Below, one piece after another: positions 39,385 to 52,493 of a stretch of 64,000 nt of DNA. The notes beneath the pieces were generated by a model. It was not told the origin of the DNA and did no database searches. It worked only from the letters and a program-made list of their open reading frames with translations. Each line of letters begins with the position of its first letter. Position 1 is the stretch's first letter. The position numbers were made by a program, and so were the translations under genes. Source of the stretch: Octopus vulgaris (taxonomy: Eukaryota); assembly GCA_951406725.2 (NCBI GenBank), contig OX597817.1:6882001-6946000 (forward strand), given 5' to 3'.

Positions 39385-40812
39385 GCAAAGTCATGGAAAG
39401 GTTAGTCAGAAAGAAACTAATCGCATTCCTTGAGGAAAATAACTTGCTGAGTAATACCCAGCATGGTTTTCGACCAGGTAGGAGCTGCCTGACCCAGCTC
39501 TTACAGCATTATGACTGGGTGTTGAGGCAGTTACTCAACAAATCAAATGTGGACGTAATCTACCTTGATTTTGCAAAAGCTTTTGACAAGGTGGATCATG
39601 GTATGATATGCCACAAACTACGTGACCTCAGCATAGCTGGAAAACTTGGAGTGTGGTTGCATGACTTCCTGAAAGACAGGAGTCAGGCAGTAGTGGTTAA
39701 TGGAGCCACCTCTATGAACACACAAATAGTGAGCGGTGTTCCACAGGGCACTGTCTTGGGACCACTGCATTTTATAGTGGCCATCTCAGATATGCCCTCA
39801 AATGCCCGGATAGCCACTCTGGCCAGCTATGCAGACGATACGAAAGTCTCGCAGAAAATACAGAACCCCAGCGATGTTGCACACCTGCAGCAAGAGTTGG
39901 ACTCAATCTACAGATGGGCTGAGGATAATAATATGCAGTTTAATGCTGAAAAATTCCAGGCCCTGCGCTAGCAGCATCCAAAACTGAATATTAAACTTAC
40001 AGGATACACCGGTCCACAGGGAATTTCAATCCCAGAGCCTAAGTCTGTGAGGGACCTGGGTATCGACATGAGTGATGATACCTCTTTCCAAGTGCACATT
40101 ACCAGGATGGCGACAAAGTGCAGACGACTAGCTGGATGGATCCTAAGAACATTCAGAACCGGAGATAAGGAAACCATGATGGTCCTCTGGCGGACATTCG
40201 CCCTCAGTCGCCTGGATTACTGCTCACAGCTATGGTCACCCACCAGTGTAAAATTAACAGCAGACCTTGAAGCAATCCAGAGAAGATTCACAAAGAAGAT
40301 CGTCTCTTTGCAACAGCTCAGCTACTGGGAAAGCTTGAAACAGCTAAGACTCTACTCCCTGGAGAGAAGACGGGAGAGGTATGCAGTAATATATGTCTGG
40401 AAGATCCTGGAAGGAATTGTGCCAAATTTTGGCATTGTAAGCTACACCAATGCTAGAACGGGACGACACTGCATAGTGCCAAAGATCCCAGCAATGCCAT
40501 CACGCTTCAGGACCAGCTTCTGCAACAGCCTGGGTTTCAAGGGCCCACAGCTTTTTAATATTCTCCCAAAGAGTCTGAGGAACTTGCACAAAGTAGATGT
40601 AGCGGTTTTTAAATCAAAACTGGACATCTTCCTGTCAAGAGTCCCAGATGAACCTACCTCACGGCAAGAGGTGCAAATGAGAGTAGCTGTATCAAACTCC
40701 ATTCTTCACCAAGTGCCACATATTAGACGAGGTGCGTCGCAATAACAGTGTAGCACAAAACGGCGGTGCATCAGCATGGCCGCAGCTCTGAGCTGAAACT
40801 AGAAAAAAAAAA
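39385..40812 (+). mobile_element. CR1-group LINE, 5'-truncated, RT domain to 3' end
   Basis: QHGFRPGRSC, YLDFAKAFDKVDH, SGVPQGTVLGP, YADDT, LDYCSQLWSP, LYSLERRRER; short 3' UTR and A-tail. Confidence 0.95.
39393..40745 (+). pseudogene. Reverse transcriptase (LINE ORF2 C-terminal half) with one in-frame stop
   Basis: ORFs 39393-39971 and 40047-40745 share a frame and are separated only by TAG at 39969-39971. Confidence 0.92.
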
Positions 40813-41559
40813 ATATATATATATACATAGAGAAAGGGGGGGGAAAGAGGGAGAGAGGGAGTGAGAAATATGTAGGTATATACGCGCACACATACATACA
40901 TATAAATGCATATGTCCGTGGGGACGTATGTGAGTTGCGTTTCTGTACATGTTACGTATGTTTGTTTATATCGTTCTGCTAGGACGCATGTCTCACAAAT
41001 ATAGCTTGTGAGATCTCACAAAGAATATCAATGAATGTTATACACGAACCTACATTGTTTTCAAGAGACGTTCAGACAGACGCAGATATCTATATGAGTG
41101 TGTGTGCGTGTCTGTGTGCATGGTTGTGTATGCGTGTGTGTGTGTGTGTTTAACATTCACTACAGTTAATTTCGAGGTTTTCTATTTTGTTTGTGCAAAT
41201 ATAATCTATTATAGACATATACATTAATAAAATAAAACCATAATACCAACAATATGACATTCAAAACGTTGACTATTTCTTTATATCAGACCACTACCAT
41301 TTCTATAGCGTTTTCTTTCACTTTTTTTAAACACAGCCATTCACTAATTTTTTGTGGCTGTCGTTGTTTTTCCTATGCTTGGAAATTTTTGTGACCATGT
41401 ATGCACGATTTCAGTTACCATGGAAATAAGACACTGCCACGTTGTACGTGACATTTGTGTATTGTTGTACTCGTTATCCAGTATTAATAAGTGAGATCAG
41501 ATATGGTAATGCGCTACAGAATTTTTATGCATCTAGAATGGCATTGTTTCTTGTACGAA

Positions 41560-42175
41560 TATCAATATCATGAAATTACGCTGCCTGAAAATTATTTCAA
41601 GCGTTACACCATCCGCACAAATGCAGGTTCCATGATAAAATTTCATATTCCGATTTACCAATTGTTATTCAGAAACGATAGCCACTTTTTTATTGTGCTC
41701 AGGCACGTTGTTCTTCTTTGCTTGGCCTACAATCTGCTCTGATCAACGATACGAATGATCGAAGTTATCACTACTAGCATTATTTCTTCAGATGGAGTGT
41801 ATACAGCAAGTTATTATCCAACATCTCCTATATTTTATTTTATGGATAAAGTTTGGCTTGAATAAGGATTGGTGTTTTCTGATTACAAGTCGACACCAAA
41901 ATAAAATTTTCCTCGTTGGTGCTATAGACGTAGGTTATGAGAAAGTATTGAAGAGTGTAATCTTATCAAAATAATTGTTCAATCAGTGATTTGACTAATA
42001 TTCAGCATTATGTTACAAAGAAATTCATGTATCTCTACTCGACATGATATCAGCCTTATACATATTAATAATTACTAGAAGCTGATTGTTACTCTTGTTC
42101 AACATTTTATGCAACACCTCATACTCTCAAGGTAGGAATGAGGTGATTATATCCGTGGGAAATTGGCTCTCTTTG
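41560..42175 (-). mobile_element. Possible very decayed PLE RT of the same type as 5772-6192
   Basis: Faint collinear traces across frameshifts (ANF.TDI, AKLY.K, EQIV, KQLVNRN). Confidence 0.3.
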
Positions 42176-42204
42176 ACATACGTTAGTTATTTAAATTTAA
42201 ACTA

Positions 42205-42505
42205 GAGCACCTTCTGATGCTAATCTTCAAGAGAAAGTCCAAGATGCTATATTTAAAACGGCTGAAGAAAGCATGCAATTTGATACAGGTAAATTCAAGC
42301 CCTCTGCTACTTACTAATTGGTACTCACAATCCGCAACAACGAAACGTTAGGCGAAAAAGAGCGGAAATTCCAGAGTCATGTACAGTACAAGCTCTGGGG
42401 ACTGATATGAGCAACGATGCCTTGTTTAACGTACCTGTCATCAAGGTGGGGGCAATGTTCAGTCGAATGACTGGCTGGATTCTGAGAACCTTCAGAACAA
42501 CATAT
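42205..42505 (+). mobile_element. CR1-group LINE fragment
   Basis: [30 protein letters not shown]. Confidence 0.8.
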
Positions 42506-42509
42506 CGTA

Positions 42510-42553
<44 letters not shown>

Positions 42554-42605
42554 AACACACACACACACACACACACACGCACATACACATATATATATAT
42601 ATATA

Positions 42606-42657
<52 letters not shown>

Positions 42658-42693
42658 TACATACATACATACATACATACATACATACATACA

Positions 42694-42726
<33 letters not shown>

Positions 42727-43249
42727 TGCTCTATAGGTCAGTATATAATAAGATCTATGGACAGATTTGCCTGAAACTTTTTACTGCATTTCAGTAATAT
42801 TAAATTTGACCAAGGAAGGAGGTCAAAAGATTCGACAGAACGTAGTCTAACGAACAATTGCTACTGACCTAGTTATCTGCGCTGAATCGCCTTCAAGGCA
42901 ATTATATCTCAACACCAGAACGCAAATACAATTAAATATCTTGCACTATCCGTTAGTACATCACAGTAAATACGAGCATTATTGGTTAATACATCGCAGT
43001 AAGTTGCAGCATATATATGGAACTGAACGAGTTGCTTGAATATTAGTGGGGAAGTGTTATGTTCTTTTCAATTTAACCATTACATTAGGCTTACCAGTCT
43101 AACCGATTTACGCTATATGAAATAGCAAGTTGACACCAAAATATGAATCATTGTTATTCAAAAAGGAAACCTTTTTTCCCCCCCTTATTAACAGATTGTA
43201 GCAAATGGTCTGTGGTCAAGTTAACTTTCTGCTACAATGATAATTCTTT

Positions 43250-43460
43250 TCTACACTAGGCACAGGGCTCGAAATTTTGGGTGAGGGTGCTAGTCGATTA
43301 GATTGACATCACTATGCAACTGGTACTTAATTTATCGACCCCGAAAGGAGGAAAGGCAAAGTCGACCTCGGCGGAATTTGAGCTCAGAACACAAAGACAG
43401 ACGAATTACAACTAAGCATTTCGCCCGGTGTGTTAACGGTTTTGCCAGCTTGCTGCCTTG
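43250..43460 (-). mobile_element. SINE family B with a different 3' tail
   Basis: Head and core match 4470-4620; the tail differs. Confidence 0.85.
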
Positions 43461-44177
43461 CTCCAATCATAATTCTGATTTGTAATTATTGATAATTAGT
43501 CAAATGTGAACTGAAAACCATTCCTCGCTGTAGCATCTGTTCAATTTCGTGTTGAAGTTACAGTTATTCTGCTGGATATAATTACAAAGGAAAAGTAAAA
43601 TTCTAATTTTCAATGAATGCAAACTATGAAATATGTTGTTAACGATATTAATGTCTACAGTATTAGAGATTAATTAACGTATTTAATAACATATGTTGGA
43701 TTGTAATTAAAACTTTATCACAAACAATATCTCTGAATAACTGTAGTATTTATATAACAACATAATCTCTCTCTCTCGCTTCAACTTTATATAAAGTATA
43801 TACACACATATATACATACATAAGTTACATACACGCATGAATACCGACATGTATTTCAGCATAGGTGTACGTTTGTGTGTGTGTGTCTATATGTGTGTAT
43901 GTGTGTGCATGCACGTGTGTGTGTTTGTTTGGGCGTGTGTGTTTGGGTTTGTGTGTGTGCAGAGAAATAAGATTATTCTCTTAAAGCAAGTTTAGAAATA
44001 CTAAAGGAATATTTATTGATTTGGTATGAGACAACACTCAGACTATACTGAGCAAAATGAAATTTAATACGAACATCAAGTTGACAGGGAGTTCAAATTA
44101 TCACTTTGTCCAAGCAGGTTGAACTTAATTTGCACAATATAATTTAATACAGTACATATACATACATATATATATAC

Positions 44178-44234
<57 letters not shown>

Positions 44235-44472
44235 ATATATGTACACATGCACAGACACAAATCAGAATGTATGTGAATGCATTTTACTTCAGTAATACAA
44301 TTGTTTCAATATTCAAGATGCCTGCTGTTTCCAAATGACTGATCTCTTATCAAATGCACAGATTAACTTTAAGGAATCAAAGATATTAGAGTCTTTTTCG
44401 CCTTGAGGTACGTACATAATTGCATTCTTGTATGCGTGTTTTTATGAATATATATTACTATATGTATGTATG

Positions 44473-44523
<51 letters not shown>

Positions 44524-44579
44524 ATATATATATATATATATCGATTTCTATATATACACACATATATATATATATGATG

Positions 44580-44868
44580 GATTCACCTGTCGTTAGACGA
44601 TGTATGAGTGTTCGATAATTTCTTACCAAACAACAACACAGATGATTCGTTTATAGTGATCAAGTGTTTGTGTAGACATAAACTTACTCCCTCCATTAGA
44701 TCAACATTAACAGTACAGGTACAAAGGGTGCCACATGTCAGATGGCGAAATGGCTGCAGAGCAACGTGAAATGAAGGGATTTGCTCAAAGACACAATGTA
44801 ATGCCCGGGCCGAGAATCGAACCCACGGTGCTGCAATCGTGAGTGCAACCACTGAGCCATGTGCCTTC
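44580..44868 (-). mobile_element. tRNA-derived SINE (head like 39022, distinct tail)
   Basis: GAAGGCACATGGCTCAGTGGTT...GGTTCGATTCTC...TTGTGTCTTTGAGCAA...ATTTCACGTTGCTC. Confidence 0.75.
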
Positions 44869-44955
44869 ATATATATATGTACACACACACACACAAACAC
44901 GCGCGCGCGCGCGTACACTCACATACACACACACACAAACACACACAAACACACA

Positions 44956-45002
<47 letters not shown>

Positions 45003-46417
45003 ATATATATATATATATATATACATATATGAAACTTACTTGGGAGAGGATGCATGGCGTTGCTGAAAAACCGCCGAACATCCATGAGAGAGTAAATCTT
45101 TGAACAAATCTCGTAGTAAGTTTGTCTTCCACTGATGTATTTGCATTAAGTATAATATATAGAAAGGTTGTTTTTTTTAATTAAATAATGCCTTTGTTGC
45201 ATATAGCGGATATATATCTATATATATATATTCGCATATCTCTTCTTGACATGCTCATGATTATTCTCAAGTATGGTTCGTTGTCAGTGGATTTAATAAA
45301 ATTGCAAATCTTCTATACAGTTAGAATTTATGGGGATGCAGCTTTTATATCTCTAAAACATCTTGACAACTGGAATACATGCGATAAGATATTTTACTAC
45401 TGTCGCTATACATTCTACATCAGTCTTGATTTAACTCCAGGATATTGTTCTTATAAAAACAGAGTTTTTGTCTTCTGGGGTTATGTCTTCAAAACTAAAA
45501 TTTACACATGAAAATCCAACAAAGAGTCTATATCGCGTGGTCTGTAATCTCTCAGCCAATATGGAATGGATAAAAACACATTGTATATGATTCCGTGGCT
45601 AGGATCGGATCAAATATTAGAAACGACTCACCCTTATATGTCATGTGATTTTACACATCATCTCGAGTAATATGAAAGCTAAGCAATTGGGTTCAACCCC
45701 TGCTCATTCAGATGTCTGGGTAATTGTAAGTTAATTATCTTTGGTTATCCACTTTGAAATATTTTTTTCTTAAATAGCTGCCAAAAGATGCTGAATAATG
45801 AAGGTTAACTCTTACACTCACAAATGGAAGCTTATCACTTATACACCTTATTAATATCGTCTCCCATATTTATATAATGAAAGCAAACACTTACATTTGG
45901 TCACAAACATATGCCTTTCGCGCACATACACAGAAATACGGACATCAACATACACGTCCTTTCGTTCGATGACAACACCGATTCAAAGGCAATATTGCCA
46001 TCATTCTGAAATTATTATAATTTCAATTGATAATACATTCAGTAGTATACAGATCACAATGTGTAGATTTACGCTTATTATTTCGTTTTTTTTTTTTTTT
46101 TCGTTTCTGTTTTTGATTCTGTACTTCTTTATTTATATACTATTGTTTTTTTCTGGTATTGTAGAAGCTTTGTTAGTATTATAAACTAAATTATAGAAGC
46201 ACATGAGGCAATGACAGGGCGTAGAGAAAAGCGAATAATGAACCCCCAGGTAAACGTCCATAATGTATTGTATTTCCTTCTTCTCGTAAGTATTTTCTTT
46301 TTATCGTTAATTCTTTCGCTTTGTATTTCCACATCCTGCTTACATTTTTCTTCTTTCTGTCTTCCGTTACAAATATTGAATCAATATGAGTCTCTAATTG
46401 GATTTGCTCCTCCCGCA

Positions 46418-46479
<62 letters not shown>

Positions 46480-46486
46480 CACCACC

Positions 46487-46531
<45 letters not shown>
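46418..46531. repeat. (CTA)n/(CCA)n microsatellite
   Basis: Explains the poly-Thr ORF. Confidence 0.98.
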
Positions 46532-46832
46532 GCTATCATTATTATAATTATCAACATCATTGAATCATTGGTATTATTGCTTCATATAATTTCATTTAGC
46601 ATAACTAACAATGACAGTTTTGTATGCATGTTCCGTAGTTCTGTATCTGTTATTCACATAACTGCAAGTATATGCAAGTACAAAAGCGTTGGTATGTGTG
46701 CCTTATAGACATGCTGAGTGAGAGTGATGATGATAGACGAGATAGACGAGAGACACTGAGTGGGAGAGAAATAGATTGAAAGAGAGAAATTAAATGAGGA
46801 GGAGAATAATAAAAGGATATAGAAAACAACTT

Positions 46833-47247
46833 GGCGCAGAAGTGGCTGTGTGGTAAGCAGCTTGCTTACCAACCACATGGTTCCGGGTTCAGTCCCACTG
46901 CGTGGCACCTTGGGCAAGTGTCTTCTGCTATAGCCTCGGGCCGACCAATGCCTTGCGAGTGGATTTGGTAGACGGAAACTGAAAGAAGCCTGTCGTATAT
47001 ATGGATATATATATATATGTATTTGTGTGTATGTTTGTGTGTCTGGGTTTCTCCCCCTAGCATTGCTTGACACACCGATGCTGGTGTGTTTACGTCCCCA
47101 TCACATAGCGGTTCGGCAAAAGAGACCGATACAATAAGTACTGGGCTTACAAAGAATAAGTCCCGGGGTCGATTTCCTCGACTAAAGACGGTGCTCCAGC
47201 ATGGCCGCAGTCAACTGACTGAAACAAGTAAAAGAGAGAAAGAGAGA
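46833..47247 (+). mobile_element. SINE family A, full length
   Basis: Collinear with the other copies. Confidence 0.95.
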
Positions 47248-47461
47248 GTTGTGTAAAAGAGATTGTGTAATAAAGAAAAGTGAGAAATTTGGTGTATATG
47301 TGTGTGAGCGTGTAAAGAAAGATATTTTATGCATGATAGAATGTATATGTAAGTGATAGATAGTGAGTGAAGGAAGGATATAGACTATATGTGCGTGTTG
47401 GAGAGAATTAGAACATGTTGAAAAAGAGCATCAGAAATATATATATTTAAATTCCTAACCC

Positions 47462-48072
<611 letters not shown>

Positions 48073-48702
48073 AAGGACATGGTTTGATAGCCAAAATATA
48101 TATGATTGTAAAAATATTAGAAAAATAAATTGAATCATGGCATATATCTCCTGTGACTTAGTGTTATATCTTTAGATATATAATTTCGGTAGCATTGGAA
48201 TGATGATCACTAAATGTCTGTGTGTGTCTGCGTGTCTGTATATGTGTCTGTGTGTGAGTGTTTCGTGTGTTCGTGTGTGTTTGGGCACATGCGTGAGTGT
48301 ACGGAAGTCAGACAAAATAAATACATTTAATACACACTTTTCAGATAATTTTGCGTTATATGAAAAGGAAATTTCATCTCTTATCCAAAAGCTTCCTAAA
48401 TTAGGACATATCAATATTTTGATATATCTTAACTGAAGATTATGAGTAAAATATACTATTCCCTCGTTATCTTCTGTACAGTTTTCTAAACCGTACATAT
48501 TAAATGCATTGAAAATGTCATTACTTCGTTCTGATTCATTATAGTACATTATATGACTCTGCCGATGCAAGTTAACCAGTCTTAACTACACACAGCAAGG
48601 ATTGGGAGCGGTATGTTGTATTTAAATCGATTTGAAGCAATGCCACAAATTATAACTCGAAATATATATATATATTATGTGTGTGTGTCTGTATATATAT
48701 AT

Positions 48703-48733
<31 letters not shown>

Positions 48734-48975
48734 CAGAGAGATACAGACAGATAGACAGACAAACAGACAGAGAAAGAGAAAGATAGAGATAGGGAGAGAG
48801 AGAGAGAGTCAACAACTATTGAAAAGTTTGCAAGACGCAACGAAAATTTCAGAAAAATAAAGGAAACAAGTGGAAATTTTCACGGTGGGTGTATTAAATT
48901 ATAAGGCACTAAAAGAGAATCTCTCTCCCCAAATGCAACAGTATATATCTATCTATCTATATATATATATATATA

Positions 48976-50184
48976 TTAGGTCATCAAGTATGAAATTTGC
49001 AGAAAAGAAAAAAAATTGATAATTTTTTTTAATACAAGAAATAATTTTATTCATCAAAGTATGCATCCATATTGTCAATGCACTTTTGTCCTTCCAGGGG
49101 TAGCTTGTCCAGCATGGCAATATAGAGTCAATAAAATCTTGGAAGGTCTGTTTTACAGCATCGGCGAAATTAAATTTTTTCCTATCAAAAAGTTATGCAA
49201 ATTCTGGAAGAAATGATTGTCTGTGGGGGAAAGATCAGGTGAGGATAGTGGATGATAGAGAACGTTCAACTCCAACTCTTGTAATTTCGCCAATGTCATT
49301 TTTGCGATGTGTGGTCTGGCGTTGTCTAGCAATAACATAGGAGTGGATCTGTTGACTAATCCAAGCTATTTTTTTCTCTTTTTTTTTTATATAAGTCTCA
49401 GCATCATTTTGTCTAGTTTGCTGCGGTATTTTTCGGCCGTGATTGAAGAACCAAGTTTAATGAAATCATAATGGATCACACCTGCCCCAGACCAAACACA
49501 CACCATCACTTTCTTTTGATAATTTTTGCTTTTTGGACTTTTTGGTGGCTCGCCTTTGTCCAACCATTGTGCTGAACGTTTACGGTTGTTATATTCGATC
49601 CATTTCTCATCACATGTTACAATTCGATTCAAAAATGATTCCTTTTTGTGACGAGACATAGCATAATGCAGGCTTCCAGACGTTGCTCTTTCTGATTTAT
49701 ATTGAGTTCATGTGGAACCCACTTATCCATCTTTTTCACTTTACTAATTTGAACTACGTGTGTCAATAGTGCTTGCTTGCTAACACCAAACAACAACGAT
49801 AATTCAGTCACTTTGAGATGGACCTGACTCGACAGTGATTTTCAGATCGTCATTTTCCACTTTTGTTTCTGGTCGACTGTGTTGCTCATTTGTGGGGTCA
49901 AATTTACCAGAACTAAATGTTGCAAAGCAACCTGATACTGAAATATTCCATTAATATTCCAAGCTGTCTGTAATGGTGTATTTCTAAGAAAGAACACATA
50001 TCTCAAAACTGTACGAATTTCCGACTTATACTTTATAAAGCTCAAAATAAGCTAGAATAAATAAATAAATGTTTCAGTTTTCTAACAAAGAATAATGTCT
50101 CTCAAAATATAATAGTGGCGTAAAATGAGCAGCTGTCAAATGTTACCATATACCTTACTACAAATTTCATACTTGACGACCTAA
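48976..50184 (-). mobile_element. mariner (DD34D) transposon with both TIRs, decayed transposase
   Basis: 27-bp TIRs TTAGGTC(A/G)TCAAGTATGAAATTTG(C/T)AG flanked by TA; WVPHEL, IVTCDEKWI.Y.N, LLDNARPH, HP.SSPDLSPTD. Confidence 0.95.
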
Positions 50185-50189
50185 TATAT

Positions 50190-50345
50190 GTATATATTGT
50201 TAAAATTTACAGAAACAGAAGATGAAGACATGTGTAAGTACAGCAAGCAAGTGCATTAATTTAACTCTCGGGAAGAATGGAGAAGTCTTTTACGTTTAGA
50301 GCCTACGCTCTTCGACAGAAAGCATTTAGAAGGAAAAATACAAAT
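50190..50345 (-). mobile_element. Short repeat with an HHR-like motif (second copy of the 26670 family)
   Basis: CTTT-CTGTCGA-AGAGC(gtag)GCTCT-AAACGTA-AAAG. Confidence 0.65.
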
Positions 50346-50809
50346 GTTGAGAATGTTGAGTATTCTTTAATGCATTATCACTGAAAGGCACCTATTTCTG
50401 CCATCCAGGAGCCACTCGTTTCCGATCCTCAGTTGGGTAAGCCGAGCCTGATTTTTTTCTGAAATATCCACTCTGAATTTTTTTTTTTTTTTTTGGAAAC
50501 ATAAAAGAAAAATTAGAAGAAAAAGTTTATCATTATGTACTTTTATTTTAAAACATTTGTCAACTAAACATGCGAAAACGGATGCTCCAAGCTCCCGCTT
50601 TTCACTTTTGGTTCCCATGGTAATAACATTATACAAACTTGAGGCTCCATGTAAGCCAAGTCATAGAAATGAGTTAAGTAATATTTTTAATTAATATTTT
50701 TATAAGAATGAGAGTATATAAGATTAGCAATGTTCTAAATGTATAATTATATTCTTAATTTATAGGTTTCGATGTGTTGGCGCGTGACTGTATGTGCAGG
50801 AAAAAACCC

Positions 50810-52285
50810 AAAACCACGTTAATAACTTAGGAGTGAAGTGTAGGATTTCTCGGTTTTCTGTGAATTGATTTGGGTAAAACATTTCCCAGCTAGTTTGCAC
50901 ATTATGGCAACACCATTGTTACATTTTCATTATTCTGTGTAAGGTCCTTTCTTTTTTATTTCAGATTCTTCAATTTTGGGGTTAACCATAGTAGTAGCAT
51001 TTGAATGAAAATAGCCCGACAATTTTTGTTTTCAGGAAGTAAAGCATACATTGAATATATATCCAAGTGAAAATCATATTATAATATTTATTTACATAAT
51101 GAGACATAATGAATTATTTAGCCACATGAGCACCATTTCGACGGATCACTTTAAAAAACCTTATTAGTCATGGAATCTGTTAATTACATCGTAGTAGCTG
51201 GTTGGACAGTCTCCGCTGCAGTTTTGATGGTCGCCCATATGACATCTTTCGACGTAAATTGGCGCCCATCGGCAAAAAATATCTTGTTTAATGATGGACC
51301 AAAATTCTGGATAGGGTTGAGATCCAGAGATGCTGGTGGCCACACAATCAACCTTTCACCTTGTATGCCGTAAGGCCCTAGTAATGTTTGGGTGGTCCTA
51401 GCAAAGTGGGAAGTAGCATTATCATGCATGAATACGAGATATCTTAGAAGTGACAGCGGTATGTCATCTAGCCAAGGATCCAAGAACTCCTTCAAGAGAT
51501 TGCAGTAGGCGGCTGCGGTCACTATAACCCCTTGAGATACCCTGACTGGGCCAAAAAGTCTGTCCCCAATGACACCAGCCCGTAACATGACTCTTCCACC
51601 CAGTTGTTGACGTCGTAAACGTTTGTGACGCTCATATACAAAATAGATTCAATCGTTTTCTCAACCGTCATGTCCGAACAGAACATAACTTATGTCTAAC
51701 GCCATGTACCTTTTGGCTCAGTGAAGCCTCAAACTCCTGTGACGGGCAGTTAAAGGGGACAGTTTCAAGGATTCTCGTACGGAAGCCATGGTCCCGAGGA
51801 TGCCACTTCTGATGGTTTTTGGCATATGAGGAAGCGCGGTGGCGGTGAAAGTGGTTTCCCATGTAGCTCGCGGTCAATTTTCCTTAAATTCCTAGCTGTC
51901 ACAGTTTTAGAGGTCCCACAATCGGATCGTTTCTTCCTTGGCGAAGGGTCCTTCAGGAACCGTCTAACCGTGTCCACATGACGATCTATCGTCTCCGCAA
52001 GTAAATGAAGAGAGGTGCCTTTAGCACTTTCCTTGAAGATGACAGACTTTTCTTCATCGTTAAGGCCTTTTCCACGTTCCATAATTCTTAGAAAGGAGAT
52101 ACGTTCTTAGTGTGATTCCCCCGAAAAAATGAAGAATCTGAAATAAAAAAGAAAGAACGTTACAAAGAATAATGGAAATTGTGTTGCCATAGTATGCAAA
52201 CCAGCTGGGAAATATTTTATCAAAATAGATTCACTGTAAACCGAGAAATCCTAAATTTCATTCCTAAGATAGTAACGTGGTTCTA
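50810..52285 (-). mobile_element. Tc1-like DD37E (TRT-type) transposon with ~170-bp TIRs
   Basis: MERGKGL N-terminus; FMHDNATSH...WPPAS.DLNPIQN (37 residues, E mutated to Q); TIRs at about 50812-50982 and 52118-52285. Confidence 0.9.
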
Positions 52286-52333
52286 GGTGTATGTATATAT
52301 GTATATGTTTTTATGTATATATGAATATATATA

Positions 52334-52493
52334 GGCGCAGGAGTGGCTGTGTGGTAAGCAGCTTGCTAACCAACCAAATGGTTCCGGGTTCAGTCCCACT
52401 GCGTGGCACCTTGCTCAAGTATCTTATAGTATAGCCACGGGCCGACCAATGCCTTGTGAGTGGATTTGGTAGACAGAAACTGAAAGAAGCCTG
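52334..52493 (+). mobile_element. SINE family A, 5' half only
   Basis: Stops at GAAAGAAGCCTGT, just before the internal microsatellite. Confidence 0.92.

Noticed and set aside
46211-46708. 165-aa mucin-like or membrane protein ORF
   Set aside because: The poly-Thr is a (CTA/CCA)n microsatellite and the flanks are low-complexity T-rich DNA.
50410-50437. CTGAGGA-tcg-GAAAC on the minus strand
   Set aside because: There is no room for stem II and no NUH triplet or stem I; probably chance.
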